DNA of 64,000 bases from Phoronis australis (taxonomy: Eukaryota; Animalia; Phoronida). The DNA is taken from NCBI GenBank assembly GCA_002633005.1, contig NMRA01000015.1, positions 1,717,766 to 1,781,765 on the forward strand. The letters are read 5' to 3'. Shown one piece after another: positions 13,301-26,700 of this stretch (position 1 is its first letter; every line of letters begins with the position of its first letter). The notes beneath the pieces are model-generated. The model was not told where the DNA came from, did not search any database, and saw nothing but the letters and a program-made list of their open reading frames with translations. Made by a program: the position numbers and the translations under genes.

Positions 13301-16054
13301 AATTCATATCAAATGAAATTTGTTGGTCATATTATTGATGTCATTTTTTTGCTATCAATGTACCCTTTTCCACTAAATATTACCAAAAACACATGGTCAC
13401 ACGACTCAATTAAGTTTACAGGCTTTCAACTTTCGCAAAATGTACGGCTAATATTTATAGTTTTCTAAATATTTTGCTGAATACACAAACTTGATAATGT
13501 CTTACACCACCTTAAGTGCAGTTGGAAATGAGATGGATGTGATGACTTTAAGGCAAATAAGAATGGTCTGATTACGTGTAGTCAATAAGTAGAATGAAAG
13601 AAATAGAAATGTACGACAAGTCTGGAACCTGTTGCTGCCAGTCGATGAGTTGCCAAAAGTATTTTGTTGTTGCTAAGCTTATGGGATGAACTTGTTTTCA
13701 TTAAAGAAACGATGTTTCGATGTTATTTAGATAACACACAGTATTTGTGTCCAGTATATCTACTTGTATTGAAGGTGAATGGATACATCAAAATTTCAAA
13801 AATGCTCTGTGATAGAAATTACTGAACTGACTAATTAGTAACACATTCTATGTGATGAATGAAGTACACCATTGATTCATAGCTGTTGAGGAAAACTGTT
13901 TCATTTTGTTTGTTGTAGGTTGTGACAAGTTTGAAGATGTTCTGACCGTGTTCCAAAAAGGCAAAGGAATGCTGGGAGAAATACTATCCGCCTTTGAGAT
14001 GATGGACTCTGAAACTCTCCGTGTTGTTGTTGAAAACTTGAAAGTGTCCAACCCACTGAGTGACTATCCATTTTATATCCTGATTGAGACTTCAGGCTCT
14101 AATGGTGCTCACGATGAGGAGAAACTCAACAGTTTCCTGGAGCATGTTATGTCTGAAGGAGTAGTGAATGATGGACTGGTCTGTATGGACAATACACAGA
14201 TGATGGTGAGTTTTGTGATTAATTTAATGTATATTGTTTTAGTACAGCCATGCCTGTAGCTAGCAGGTGTGTAATTGATGTGAATAAACATCTCCACTTG
14301 CAGCTGAAGTGTTTTTGCTAGGACAATCATTTAGTCTAATGACTAAATTTCTCATGGGTGTCAATTATCGTCGTAACGGCTGGGCAGATTTTGATGAAAT
14401 GTGGCATGTGCGTTTCTATATAGGATGCATTGGCACCGCTTGACTTTCAGACTCACCATCGCTGGCACTTCCTATTGGAATTTTTGTTTTGAATAAACTA
14501 CTTGTCCATTCATTGTTGTCAAAACGACAGATTTTGACAAAACTTTACACAGAAATACACAGTGGGGTTGTGCTGGCATCACTCAGTTTTCGCACAGATT
14601 TGACTTCAATAGCACCAGCTGCTATAGCTTTTTAATTTTTGGCAAGGTTACTTCTTGTTTATCAACACAAGGGCTTATGGTTAAAGTGCCCCTGCAACCT
14701 CTGATTATTGGACAGATTGGACTACCGTAGCATCTCCTGTTGGACATTTTAATTTTGACAAGGTATTGCCTCTTCATTGATTATTGGTAAAATGGCTTGA
14801 CAGACTTTTTGATGGACCTTAATGCAGCAATGTATGGCTGGGATGCACCAGCACCGATGGATTTCAGCTTTAATATCATAGTGTACAAACTATTCTAATT
14901 AGTATGTTAATGATGGTAACAAACACCCTTAGAAGCATGCAGTTTGCTGTGCAGTTGCGGGTGTATTTCAACATTTTGCCTTGCATTTGTATCCAATGAC
15001 GTAAACTAATTTGCGCAGACACTATGAGATGGGTGTTCTTGAGTTCTGGCATTGATGTTTTATTGTAGAATGTGTGGGGTCTTCGTGAACGTGCGGCTGA
15101 AGCGCTGATGCATGATGGTTATTGTTATAAGTATGATGTTTCACTGCCATTGGCTAACTTCTATAACTTGGTGGAAGACATGAGAGTCAGGCTGGCTGGG
15201 AAGTGCACAAGAATTGTGGGATACGGGCATGTTGGAGATGGTGAGTAATTAAAAATAAATTGTTTTCACAGGAAGTGTTGTTGAGTGAAATACAGAACAG
15301 AAATTGGGGCAGACGTGGTAAAATTAGGAGTGTGTGAAATGTAAGAATGGCCAGTTGGTGATTTGGGCTAGACTGCTCGAAGAAGCTTGTTAAGAGAGCG
15401 TCTGTTATAGTTGGAAGGAATTAAAAACATTGACGCCGACGCCCTGGTAAGGTATAACTCTTTGCGCAAAAGGTACTTATAACAACGTGTCTTTGATGTT
15501 TCAATCACTGGTGAGGCATAATTTACCAAAAAGCTTCCTCTGCAAGTATAGGAGCCTCACCTTCTCTGTCTTGGAGCAGATAGAGACATTTTTTACCGCC
15601 TAATCATTTGTATGATTGGTCATACTACCGAATCTCAATGTTATACAAGACATGATTGGTCATAATACCTAATCTCAATGTTACACAAGACATGATTGGT
15701 CATATCAATGAGAACTTGAATGACTTTTTTAATTTTCTTCTTTAATTGTGTAAATCACGTGTCCATAAACAGAGTTAGAATAAGTGTTTTTTTTCGGTAG
15801 GTAACCTTCACTTCAATGTGACCAGCCCGAAATATGACCATGCATTGATGGACTTGATTGAGCCATATATTTATGAGTGGACTTCAAAGTACAGAGGAAG
15901 TATATCTGCTGAGCATGGACTAGGATTTAAAAAGAAAGATTTCATCCATTTCAGCAAATCTTCATCAGCAGTAAACATTATGAAACAGATGAAACACGTT
16001 TTAGATCCTAAAGGCATTTTGAATCCATATAAAGTGCTGCCTGAAATGAGTTGA
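10382..16054 (+). CDS. D2HGDH: D-2-hydroxyglutarate dehydrogenase, mitochondrial, copy 1 (7 coding exons, ~518 aa)
   Basis: Exons 10382-10664, 11161-11358, 11785-11978, 12356-12524, 13919-14205, 15069-15240, 15801-16054 (1557 nt, all GT-AG, phases consistent). Motifs [75 protein letters not shown]. Arg-rich N-terminus. AATAAA at 16692. Confidence 0.95.
12870..13083. mobile_element. MITE family D (CAGTGGCGGAT-type termini), copy 1
   Basis: cagtggcacatctac ... gtagatccgcctctg; ACTGG on both flanks is a possible target duplication. Confidence 0.65.
15611..15703 (+). repeat. ~40-bp tandem repeat, ~2.3 copies
   Basis: atgattggtcata.tacc.aatctcaatgtta.acaagac repeated. Confidence 0.8.
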
Positions 16055-17793
16055 TTTTACTAAATGATCACATTTTGTTGGGTGGTTTTCGATATTAAAT
16101 TTCTTAGTTTCTAGATCAATCTTTAGTAAGCCAATGACAATGAAGAAATTTAGTGCACTTGGAAAATTGGTTTCCAATATTAAACTTAGCTTTTGAAAAT
16201 GATGTGCTGTGCTTCAGATCTTTCTGGTGAACATTATTGTTCTAGTGATGTTGTGAGCAGTGCTGTTTATCAATGTACAGACAACTGTTGAATCTCCTAA
16301 TCACCATGGTGACAGTAGTACAAAATGAACCATTCTGTGTTGGATGCTGGATTTGTTTGTTATTCCTAAGTCTTGTTGTTTGTTTCGTTCATACAGTACG
16401 GGCTGCATTTTCCGTTTGTCTTGTTGACTTCCCACTGAGCTCGAGGGCTCAGGTCTGACTTAGTGATGTTTTTGTCAGAATCAGTTGCAAAGAGAATGGT
16501 CCTCATCTCATCTCAAAGAGAATGGTCCTACTTAAAGTAAAATTATCACTTCATTGGATCCAATAGTAAGATATTCCTGAAGACTGTTTATGTTTGCTGG
16601 TGTAACACTTGCTAATGCCATCAGTCTTAACTTTCGCAGGCTACAAGAATAATGCTTAAGTTATACCTTCTTGTCCCTTGTTGTAAACAAAAATAAATAA
16701 TTTGTAAAAAGTACTTAAATCCTGTTATTATGTTTTGTGTGGCTTGTTTTTTGTAGCACGTGTGTTTCACAGCTTATTCCTGTTGAGAGTCATGAAAACA
16801 TTATAAACCTTGTTCACAATCGAGCAAAATCATCGGCAACTGACCATCTGTGTCTAACGAACTTCTTGAGTCTGATGTAAAACACTAATAACCTGTCAGT
16901 CCTTCTCAAACCTAGGAAGCAAATCTATTCTGAATAAGCAACGACTCAAGTGAGACCGATTTTATAATGGCAACCCAGTAAACATGCCGGTACCGGGCTG
17001 GTGCTGGCTTGGCGGTACCATAATGTTAACTGGAAAGTGGGCTTTCACAAAAGTTATTTTTTAACAGAAGGTGCAGGTGTATTACCCCTTAAAATCATGT
17101 TCTAAAGGTAAAACATTACAAAATAATTTTTAACACAGTCCCTATGTGTCAAAAGCTATGTGTCAATTGACAGTAATTTGAATAAATAATTGTAGGACCC
17201 ATAAACATCGATGGTAGGATCTTAGAAAAATGTCCATATTTGTTCCACTTATACATGATGGTCTATCAAAAAAAAAATAACTTCATTTTTATGAAAATAA
17301 AAATAAAAGTACTTTGCATAAAATGAAAACAAAATGAAAACTCATAAAAATGTAACAAGGTTTTTCAGATTGCATGTTGAACTTTTATGTCAGTCGAAAA
17401 TTGGTCATGTCATTTATACAAACTGTTGTTTTGCTAAATTTTACTTAAAATTCATGGTCTGGTGATCCAATTAATGACAGATTTGTAGAAAGTCACAAAT
17501 CAAATGTTCTATTTTCTACTTTCAGAACTTGTATATTTTTAATCAGTTGAAATCTACAGTTTTGTTGACATCAGGCTATTACAGCCATTTCTATTTCTGT
17601 ATATTTACTTACTAGATTCCTAACAGTGTTTTATCCAGAAGTTTTACTTTTGTCAACTTAGATTTTCATTTCTTATCATTCTCTTTTGAAAGATTCCCAT
17701 AATGCTGTGCTGAACTTTGTCATTTCCTCCTAAACTTGTATAATATGTAAACATCGGCTGCTACTGATAAGATATCAGGGGAGAGAATGCAAG

Positions 17794-20700
17794 ATGAACT
17801 GCCTTGCATATTATTGTCTGTCAAAATCAGTTGTCCCTTCTTGGCCATTATTACGACGGAGGTTTGTGCAGAAGTTGTCCAGAACACTGACCAGTGTGGT
17901 GGACAGCAGGGCAACTGGACAGGAGTTGGAGTTGACGAGTGTCCGTTACAATGTGCAGCGCGGCCAGTACTCGCGAGTTGAAGACAAGGACTTGCACTTC
18001 TTTGAAGGATTAGTTCCTGGTCGTGTGATTACTACTGATTTGGAAGGATACAACACAGACTGGTCCAAAGTATGTCGAGGTATGATACATTATCTAATAG
18101 AGAGTTGTCAACAAGCCTTTTTTATTTGAAGATTGTTTTCTTAAAGCACGTTCTCCTGGATTATTTAACATTATAGGTGAAGTAACTTAAAGTTGCCTTT
18201 CACTTCTGTTTAGCTGTCAATGTTGAATTCTTAACCAAAGTGTCTGGCGTTTAAAAGCATTACCACACCCATTCTATCTTGTATTGTTGTGGAATAAGCA
18301 AGCAACTTGAGTCACTTGGCCTTATTCAGAGCCATGGATTGCGCATGAGTCTGGAATTTTTTGTTAACTAAGCAGGCCCTGAGTTACTTTTGTGCCATCT
18401 CATAAAATTTCCGTTCCCAAAATACGGTCTGATTTGTTTAACTTCAATTTGCAGTATATAGATGTTCTACATACGTGTAGCCCTGCTTTTTGGTTAATGA
18501 GAAGTGTTGCAATTGGTTTTGTAGTTACTGATCATGCTAGAGAATGTATATTTCAGGGGCGAATACAGGATTTTGGGTTTTTGAGTTGGGGGGGGGGGGG
18601 GGNCAGACATTCGCATCCCCGAGCTGCCAAATGGAATCTGGGAGAATTTTAGGGGGCCCTCTTGTCCCTCCCCCCTAAATCCGCCACTGCTTATGTAAAC
18701 TTTATAAAACTGCACCAATTAATGGGCTTTTTTGCACACTTGCCGGAGTCAGAGAAATGAGTTGTTGTGTCACGTGACCATCACGACTGAGGAGGTGCTT
18801 ATAAAATTAGGTAGCCTCGCATAGCAAGGCATCAGTGAGTGTTTGAAACGTAGAATTATCGCGGAGTAAAATGCCAGCGTAAAAGACGAGACGACATTTA
18901 GAACTGGTTCGGAGAGAAGTAAGCGATGTAATCTCTGTACTCGGCTAAGATGTGTGTTCAAATTTCAAAGTAGCTGAGAAACCTTTTTAGAGTTTTCTAA
19001 GCTGCGCTACATCAGAAAACCGGTGGGACAACTAAGAAGCGTTCTCTCAAGCAATGGCATTTCTAAAAATAACTTACGGCCTTAGTTTAATGTTTGAGTA
19101 TCACCTACAATCCTTTGTGAATCCTACGGATAACGAAAGGCAATATTTTAATGCACACAAATCGTCTCTCGAGTTCAAAATAACGCCACTCTCAGAACTG
19201 AATAAGTCAGTGTAGGCCTATCACTCCAGTAACCTTCAGGATTTATGCCGGGGTTATTTACTTGAGTATAATGCACATGCTGAAGTTTATTAGGATTGTT
19301 TCTCGATCGCTTTCCGCTATTAACTGTACAATCGAAGCACACATAACTAGTAGAATTAAAAACATACAGTTAGTACTATATACTTGAGATTCATGGCAAT
19401 AGGGCCGTCCTGGATTACACGACACTTGAATCTCGCTGTATTTACCCACAATGCCATAAGCATTCGTCAGGCACATTTGCTGTCTCATTTTCGAGCCACT
19501 GGAGTTTCAAATGTTATTTGTTGTTGTCTGATTCTGAACAAGTTTTTCTCGGTTGCATTACTCTTTTCGTTCTTCCTATGTTAACGAAGTATTAGTGTTA
19601 TGTTGAGGGCTGCAACACCGGCGTGAAAAAGTTTTATAAACTGGACAAGTACCCGTGGATACGTGATCTAAGTTCTTTGCCTTCCTGACATTAATGAGAG
19701 ACACGAGAATGTGCTTGATTTCAAAAACTAGATCACGTACATTCTTATTTCCATAATAAAGGTTAATAAAAGTCATCTGTAATGCATAAAAACATCTCCT
19801 GTTGAGTGACAATATCTGACGAGTGCAGTTTTCAAATGCATATTCTATGCTACTGTTACTGAGTGCCGAACCGTGTCAGTCTGCATTCTTTCCAGGAATC
19901 GTCATAAAAAATGCAAGGAAAACTATGCCTTGACATTGTTGTTCTCAATGCAGAGTAAAGAATCGTTATCAAATAAATACATGCAAGGTTGGTTACATTT
20001 AATTCAACTGACATCACAACAGTCGCGTTTCAGATTACACTCTTTCCAAGAATCGTCATGAAAAAATGCTTGAAGTGTGCCTCGGGAGTTGTTGTTCTCA
20101 ATGCAGGGCAAAGAATTGTTATCCGATAAATACATATGTACACAGACGTTCTCTTGTACTGCACAAGGTTGATGGCATTCACTTCAACAGACATTACAAT
20201 AGTCGCATTTCAGTTTGCGTTCTTTCCAAGGATCGTCATGAAAAAATGCTTGAAATGCTATTCCCAGAAATTGTTGTTCACAATGCTGGGTAAAGAATTG
20301 TTATCAGTTTTCTGTGTTTTTTGCTTCTTAATTGACCCCAATATCCTCAGAAATTTCAGGCAATATTTCCAATTTCTATTTATTATTATTAGTGAGACAA
20401 TGGATGAGTTAATCCATAACACAAACTATTTCACTGTCCAGCAGCTTCTTTAATTTACATACCACAAAAAATGAGATTTCATGTTTAACTTAAAATTTGA
20501 CACTGATTTTGAGGGAAAACTGATGTACCCGACTGTTAAACTATTTATCAGAGTAGGAATTGTTTAAACTACATTTAGTAATATAACACAAGAAAGTAAA
20601 CTGCAACGCATAGTATGATTCAAATCCTTAACGTAGGGTACGTGTATCACCCATTTATGGCTTTTTGTCTGGTCTGAAGTGCACTGTACTCTTAAGATAG

Positions 20701-23700
20701 GAAACTGGTTGTCTTTCTCATCGGAATGTGTGAATGAATGAGATTATGAAAAACTAGCGTTCATTGCACTGTAGTCATGATATGAATAAAAGAATGAAAA
20801 GAAAAAACAAGAAATTGTGGTTTTAATATGGGTGTGCCGTCTGTATGAAAACATACTTAGTCGGCACGCATCTGTTTGCAAATTTTATAATGAACACATG
20901 ATTTACTCTGTGGATGGGCGTCATTACACAGGTTATAGCTAACAGGTGTTTAGCAGCTTTCGGTGCGACAATAGAGTGAAGACTGGTTCTAGTTAATCAC
21001 TGTATTAATTTTGGCCGCATGTACTCCAGTCTATACTACGTAATGTCTGTTCTATGCTGCAGCTAGTGCTGCAAAACCTCAACCTGGGGCGGATTCAGGA
21101 TTTTGAGTTGGGGGGCAGGGCAGAGTATGAGCCAGGAATTTTCCCGTCTGACACTTACACCCCGAGTTACCAAATTTTATATGGGAGAATTTTTGGGGTA
21201 CCATGGCCCCCTTGGCCCCCCTCTAAATCCGCCACTGTATTTTCATGTAGAAGTTTTTTGGAAGTTTTGTCTGCTGTATTGCCTCAGTTTTGGGGCACTG
21301 TTAATTAAATTATGCAGGTGAAAGTCATGTGCTGTTGAAGCCAAAGACAACTGAGGAAGTGTCAGCCATATTGAAGTACTGCAACGAACGCCACCTTGCT
21401 GTTTGCCCACAAGGTGGCAACACTGGTCTGGTTGGTGGGAGTGTGCCAGTATTTGATGAGGTGATAGTGTCCACACAGCTGATGAATCAAGTGATCAGCC
21501 TGGACCAGGTGTCAGGTAATGCAGTGTGGCACCTTGGTTGTTCAGTATTGTATTATGTGTGATTAGCCTTGAAACAAATCAAGTTTCAGTTAGCCACATT
21601 GTAGAGTTTTCATTGGTACTTCTTCACTTATTTAGCTCACAATGTGGCCGACATGTGGAATTTTATTTTGAAAGATGAAGGAAAAAAGTAGTCTATAGTT
21701 TGTACGGTGTGGATGCCCTAAAACAACATTGGTTAAAGTATGCATTATTTGTAGCCAAATATCGGCCTTTGAAAAAAAGCAAAACGTCTGTAGTTTTCGC
21801 TGTTTTTTATGCGAAATAAGTGGAGATTGATTACAATTAATAGTTGGTTGTAATAACATCAGATGATATGGGTAAGAATCCCCATTGTTGGACTTGCTAC
21901 ATGTAATGAAGGGGAGTTACGTAAATGACAAATGATGAGGACAAACTTTGGTGATGCATCGAAAATTCAATGCTTTTGTGACAAACTTGAGTCAGTTTTC
22001 ATACAACAAGCAGTTGTAACACAGAGTGCATGTCTTTACAGGAGCGCTAATGTGTCAGGCGGGATGTATTCTAGAGAACTTGAACGCATACTTGTCAGAA
22101 TATGACATGGTGATGCCTCTGGACCTTGGAGCCAAAGGAAGTTGTAACATTGGTGGTAACATAGCAACTAACGCTGGAGGACTCAGGCTTCTTAGATACG
22201 GATCTCTACATGGCACAGTGCTGGGAGTAGAAGCGGTAAAGCAGGGCTCAAATTCCAAACATTTTGGAACATAAGGGCTATTTGATTGGATAGTCTCATA
22301 GTTCACAGTTTACGGCATGGGCGCCCCTCATGTGCACAAAATTGTTGAAACCTTCTGGAGGTCCTGGCTACCGTGTGTGGATAGATGAAGTAGTTTTTAA
22401 ATTTAAATGCGGGTGCCTCAATTAAACTTCATGGTCTTACATTTTTCAGTCCTGTTCACATCATGCTCCAAACTAGTTTAACTGCCTTGTCACTTTGTTT
22501 CTTATGTACTCTGACTGTGTTTTTAAAACAGTTTTCTTTTTGAAATTGCACTGGAAGATTATTTTGAAAAATTAATTATGGTAAATCTGCACTTATTTTG
22601 TACAGAAATAAAATAATTTCCTCAAACTTCAGTTTTTCGATTTTTCAATGACAGATTACTTTTCTACAAATAATGGAATTTACCTATAGTCAGTTTATAA
22701 AATATACACAATACAAACCACGCTAAGAATAGACTAAAACTTTCTGCGTATTTATTTCTGTGGAGAAATTCAGCAAAATATATACATAAAACGTACCGAG
22801 AGTGGCGTTGATGAAGTATCGACCTCATTTGACCTGCCTTTTGAACTTTCCATGTCAGCGGTCGCTGTTGAAGTAGTGCGGGAGGTGAATACAGACAACG
22901 TTATAACATGACTGCAATATTTCCCTCGACTGATTCAAGGCGTATGGGATAAAATTTTGTATCTTGGCCAGATTGTGCGCCAAATAAGTGAAGAGTTATA
23001 CAAAATGTATGTAAAACTAGCAAGTCTCACAGAGCTGTTGTTGCTCTTGTTCTCATTATTTTCATTTTCAGGTACTTGCTAACGGTGAAGTGGTTGATTG
23101 TCTTTCATCTCTGAGAAAGGACAACACTGGCTACGATGTTAAACAGTTATTTATTGGTTCCGAGGGAACCTTGGGAATTGTAACGGCTGCATCCATTCTA
23201 TGTCCTCGATTGCCTAGTGCGGTCAACCTGGCATTTCTGGGTAGGAGGATGTTTTCAGTCTGTAATGTTAGTAATTCCAAATTATTTCATGGGTCTGTGA
23301 AGTGGGCTGCATTTTTATTGTGAAAGAGAGGCAACAATTAGACTCTGGGCAGATATCCTTTTGATATTTGAAATTAGTTATGACGAGATTCAGTGCTCAG
23401 TTTCTGTGTCATTGGAAAACTGGACAAAATATGACACTTACGATATGCTGAATTGATCATCAAAGCCCTGATAAATATTTCCCAGAAACATGTTGTGGAA
23501 GAACCTGTGTGAAGTGATTTAAGCCCCTAACTGTTATACCAGTCTCGTCTTGTTCTTTACTCGGAGCAGATTCTGAAATGTTTTCAAGGCTTGAGGAAGC
23601 TGACAGGTTGTTATTGCTTCAGACCAGGCCTGTTCAGTTGCTCGTCTTTGCCAGTTAGTTTCACTCGTCAAGGTAGTATTTTCGTCAGGAATTCCGAGCA

Positions 23701-26700
23701 ATTTACCATTGTCACTTAAAATACAAAGGATAAGAATGTGATGACCTTGATTTGGAAGAGCTGATGAGCCTGAGAAGAAAGTTATGTTGTGATGACAAAT
23801 GTTCTTCAATTTGCTACAACAATCCTAAAATTGCCTTGTTTATATTTTTCAGAGGCTTAATTACCACATTGCCGGAAATGGTCAAAATTTTACCTTTTGT
23901 TGTTTGGCAACAGTTACACCTTACAAACCACGCTAAAAATAAAGTAAATTTTCCTGAAAAGTTATTTTTGTTGGAAAATTTTGACGTAACGAAATTTCAC
24001 CCGTCCACCATATTGTGTCCAACAAGCTGAAAAATTTTTACCCTAATACCAGAACCTGGGCCCGGTCTCCAATCTTTTTACTCGAAATGGAACTCGAAAT
24101 TAGGTTTGGCATTTTCTACTCTACTTTTGGGCGAACTCAAGATAAGTGTCTATTATTCTATGCTCGAGTACACAATAACTTACGTAGATAATTTATTGCC
24201 CTTAGTTCACAGTTTGTAAACCCAATATTAAAGCAGTAAGTTCGAGTTTGAACTCGAAATTTCGAGTTTTTACTCGAGTTTGTGGCACAGGGCAAACTTG
24301 AACTAGAAACTCCTATGCATAAACTATAATGTATTCGAGTACAGTCTGATAACTAATTGTCTTAAGTTCGCACAAAAGGAGCAGAGAAATTGCCAAAAAT
24401 AGTTTCGAGTTCGTTTCGAGTACAAAGATTAGAGACCGGACCCTGGTTTTTAACAACTGTTCAACAGTTTAACAGGCTGTATCAGCAAACAATAGTGATT
24501 TCCTGGCTACACTATTAACTATGAGTTGGGTTCCAGTGAGCTGTGGAGTATATCCTGTCGTGTGATAATATCTCATTGAACTTCAAACAGTTGAGCTTTC
24601 CAGGCTGTCTTCTTTCTGGTAGGTGGACACAGCTCTTGTATACTGTCCATGTGTGGTGACTGATCTTGGGGCAAAACTTGGAGATGTTTGTCATTTAATA
24701 AAATGTTGCTAACTCTAGTTAGCCTATTTTTCTCGATTGTGAATGTGAAGTTACAAGCACGTGCTACTTTGTGTTGCCTAATTTACGCGCATTTTAACGA
24801 TTTCAGGTTGTGAAAAGTTTGAAGATGTTCTTAGTGTGTTTCAAAAAAGCAAAGGAATGCTGGGAGAAATACTATCCGCCTTTGAAATGATGGACTTTGA
24901 GACTGTTAAAGTTGTTGTTGAAAACTTGAAAGTGTCCAGCCCACTGAGTGACTATCCATTTTATATCCTGATTGAGACTTCAGGCTCTAATGGTGCTCAC
25001 GATGAGGAGAAACTCAACAGTTTCCTGGAGCATGTTATGTCTGAAGGAGTAGTGAATGATGGACTGGTCTGTATGGACAATACACAGATGATGGTGAGTT
25101 TTCAATGTGACTGAATATATTGCTTCCCTCAACCAATGAGCTTAAGGCCTCAACATTCACAGTTCTTTTGCTTTTTGACAGGAAGTACAAGTAAACACTT
25201 GCTGGGAACATTGTATCAAAATTCTTACGTCTGCTGTAACAGTATAGGTTTACCTGGGGTACATGAGAATAAAAATAGGCTGCTACACCTTGTGAGAAAA
25301 GAATTTTACCCATGAGAAGTGAAAGCTGTTTAGTGACAATGGTCATGCACTGCCCATGATAGAGGATTGCCCATGCAGGCAAACTTTCCATCAACCAACT
25401 GTTGTATTCACACGTCCAGGCTTAGTGGATGGTGCATCTAAAATTCTTGCCTTCATTTGCTCATTCATCTGCAAACCCCAACTACAACAAACTAAAACAT
25501 TTGGAGAACCTAAACGTTTTAGGTGCACCATCTTAACATGGTGACAACTGAATGCATAAGATACAAGATCGTAAGCTTAAACATTCAACATCAAGGCATG
25601 TCCATGAAGAAACTGGCAGACCCAGTGACCATTCTCTAAACATGGAGACAGTCTTTGAAATTTTCTTTCACTGCACAATGATTTTAAAATAATATCATGA
25701 TTATTTTGTTACACAAAATTGCTCATTAAACAACTAAAACATGTCAGGCAGATGTATGTTGATTTCAGAAAATCTGGAGTCTACGTGATCTAGTTGCTGA
25801 GGCAATGTTCCATGATGGCCACATCTATTTGTATGACATTTCTCTGCCACTGACTCACTTCTACCACCTAGTGGAAGATATGAGAGTGAGACTGTCTGGG
25901 AACTGCACGAGAATTGTGGGATATGGGCATGTTGGAGACGGTAAGTTGGTTTGAGACATGTTCAGTGGTCAGGCTCGTATCTGAAAAGTTTGGTGAAATC
26001 ATGCAAGTCTGTGCGAAAGATCCCCAAGTAGTTTAGGCAAAGCATTTGATTTCACTAATTTTCATTCACGAGTGACTGACTGGTTCAGGCTTTATCATCA
26101 TTGTGAATCTTGGACTGCCAATGGGATTGTGATGGGAAGGAGGGACTTCAAATGGGAAAGATGAACAAAAAATGTGACAAAAAAAACCTAAAACATGGGA
26201 TGAATACACCCCAAACATGTGATGGATGGGCCCAAAAATTAGGATGAATGTATGCAACAAAATGGAACAAAAGAGGGTTGGTAAGAGTTACAGACAATTA
26301 TTTTGCTTCAAAGATTTATGGATCTAGTGTTTTAACAACCATTTGGTCTTTAAAATGTCTCTTATAACAAAGTTTAGAACCCTTTTTAAGATAAATACAT
26401 ACTTGTTGAGACCACTTTCTATTGTACTGACTGTTGCTTTCTTAGTATTCATAGAAAGTGTGACTGCAATGCTGATGGTCATTCACTGTGGATTCTTTTT
26501 GTAGGCAACCTCCATTTCAATGTGTCCAGCCCTGAATACGACCCGGAACTACTGGGAAAAATAGAACCTTACATCTACGAATGGACTGCAAAGCACAGAG
26601 GAAGTATTTCTGCCGAACATGGGCTAGGATTTAAAAAGAAAGATTTCATTCATTTCAATAAATCACCAGCAGTAGTTAACATAATGAAACAGATGAAATG

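Noticed and set aside
23758-23790. CTGATGA...GAAA as a hammerhead ribozyme
   Set aside because: No stem II pairing between the boxes.
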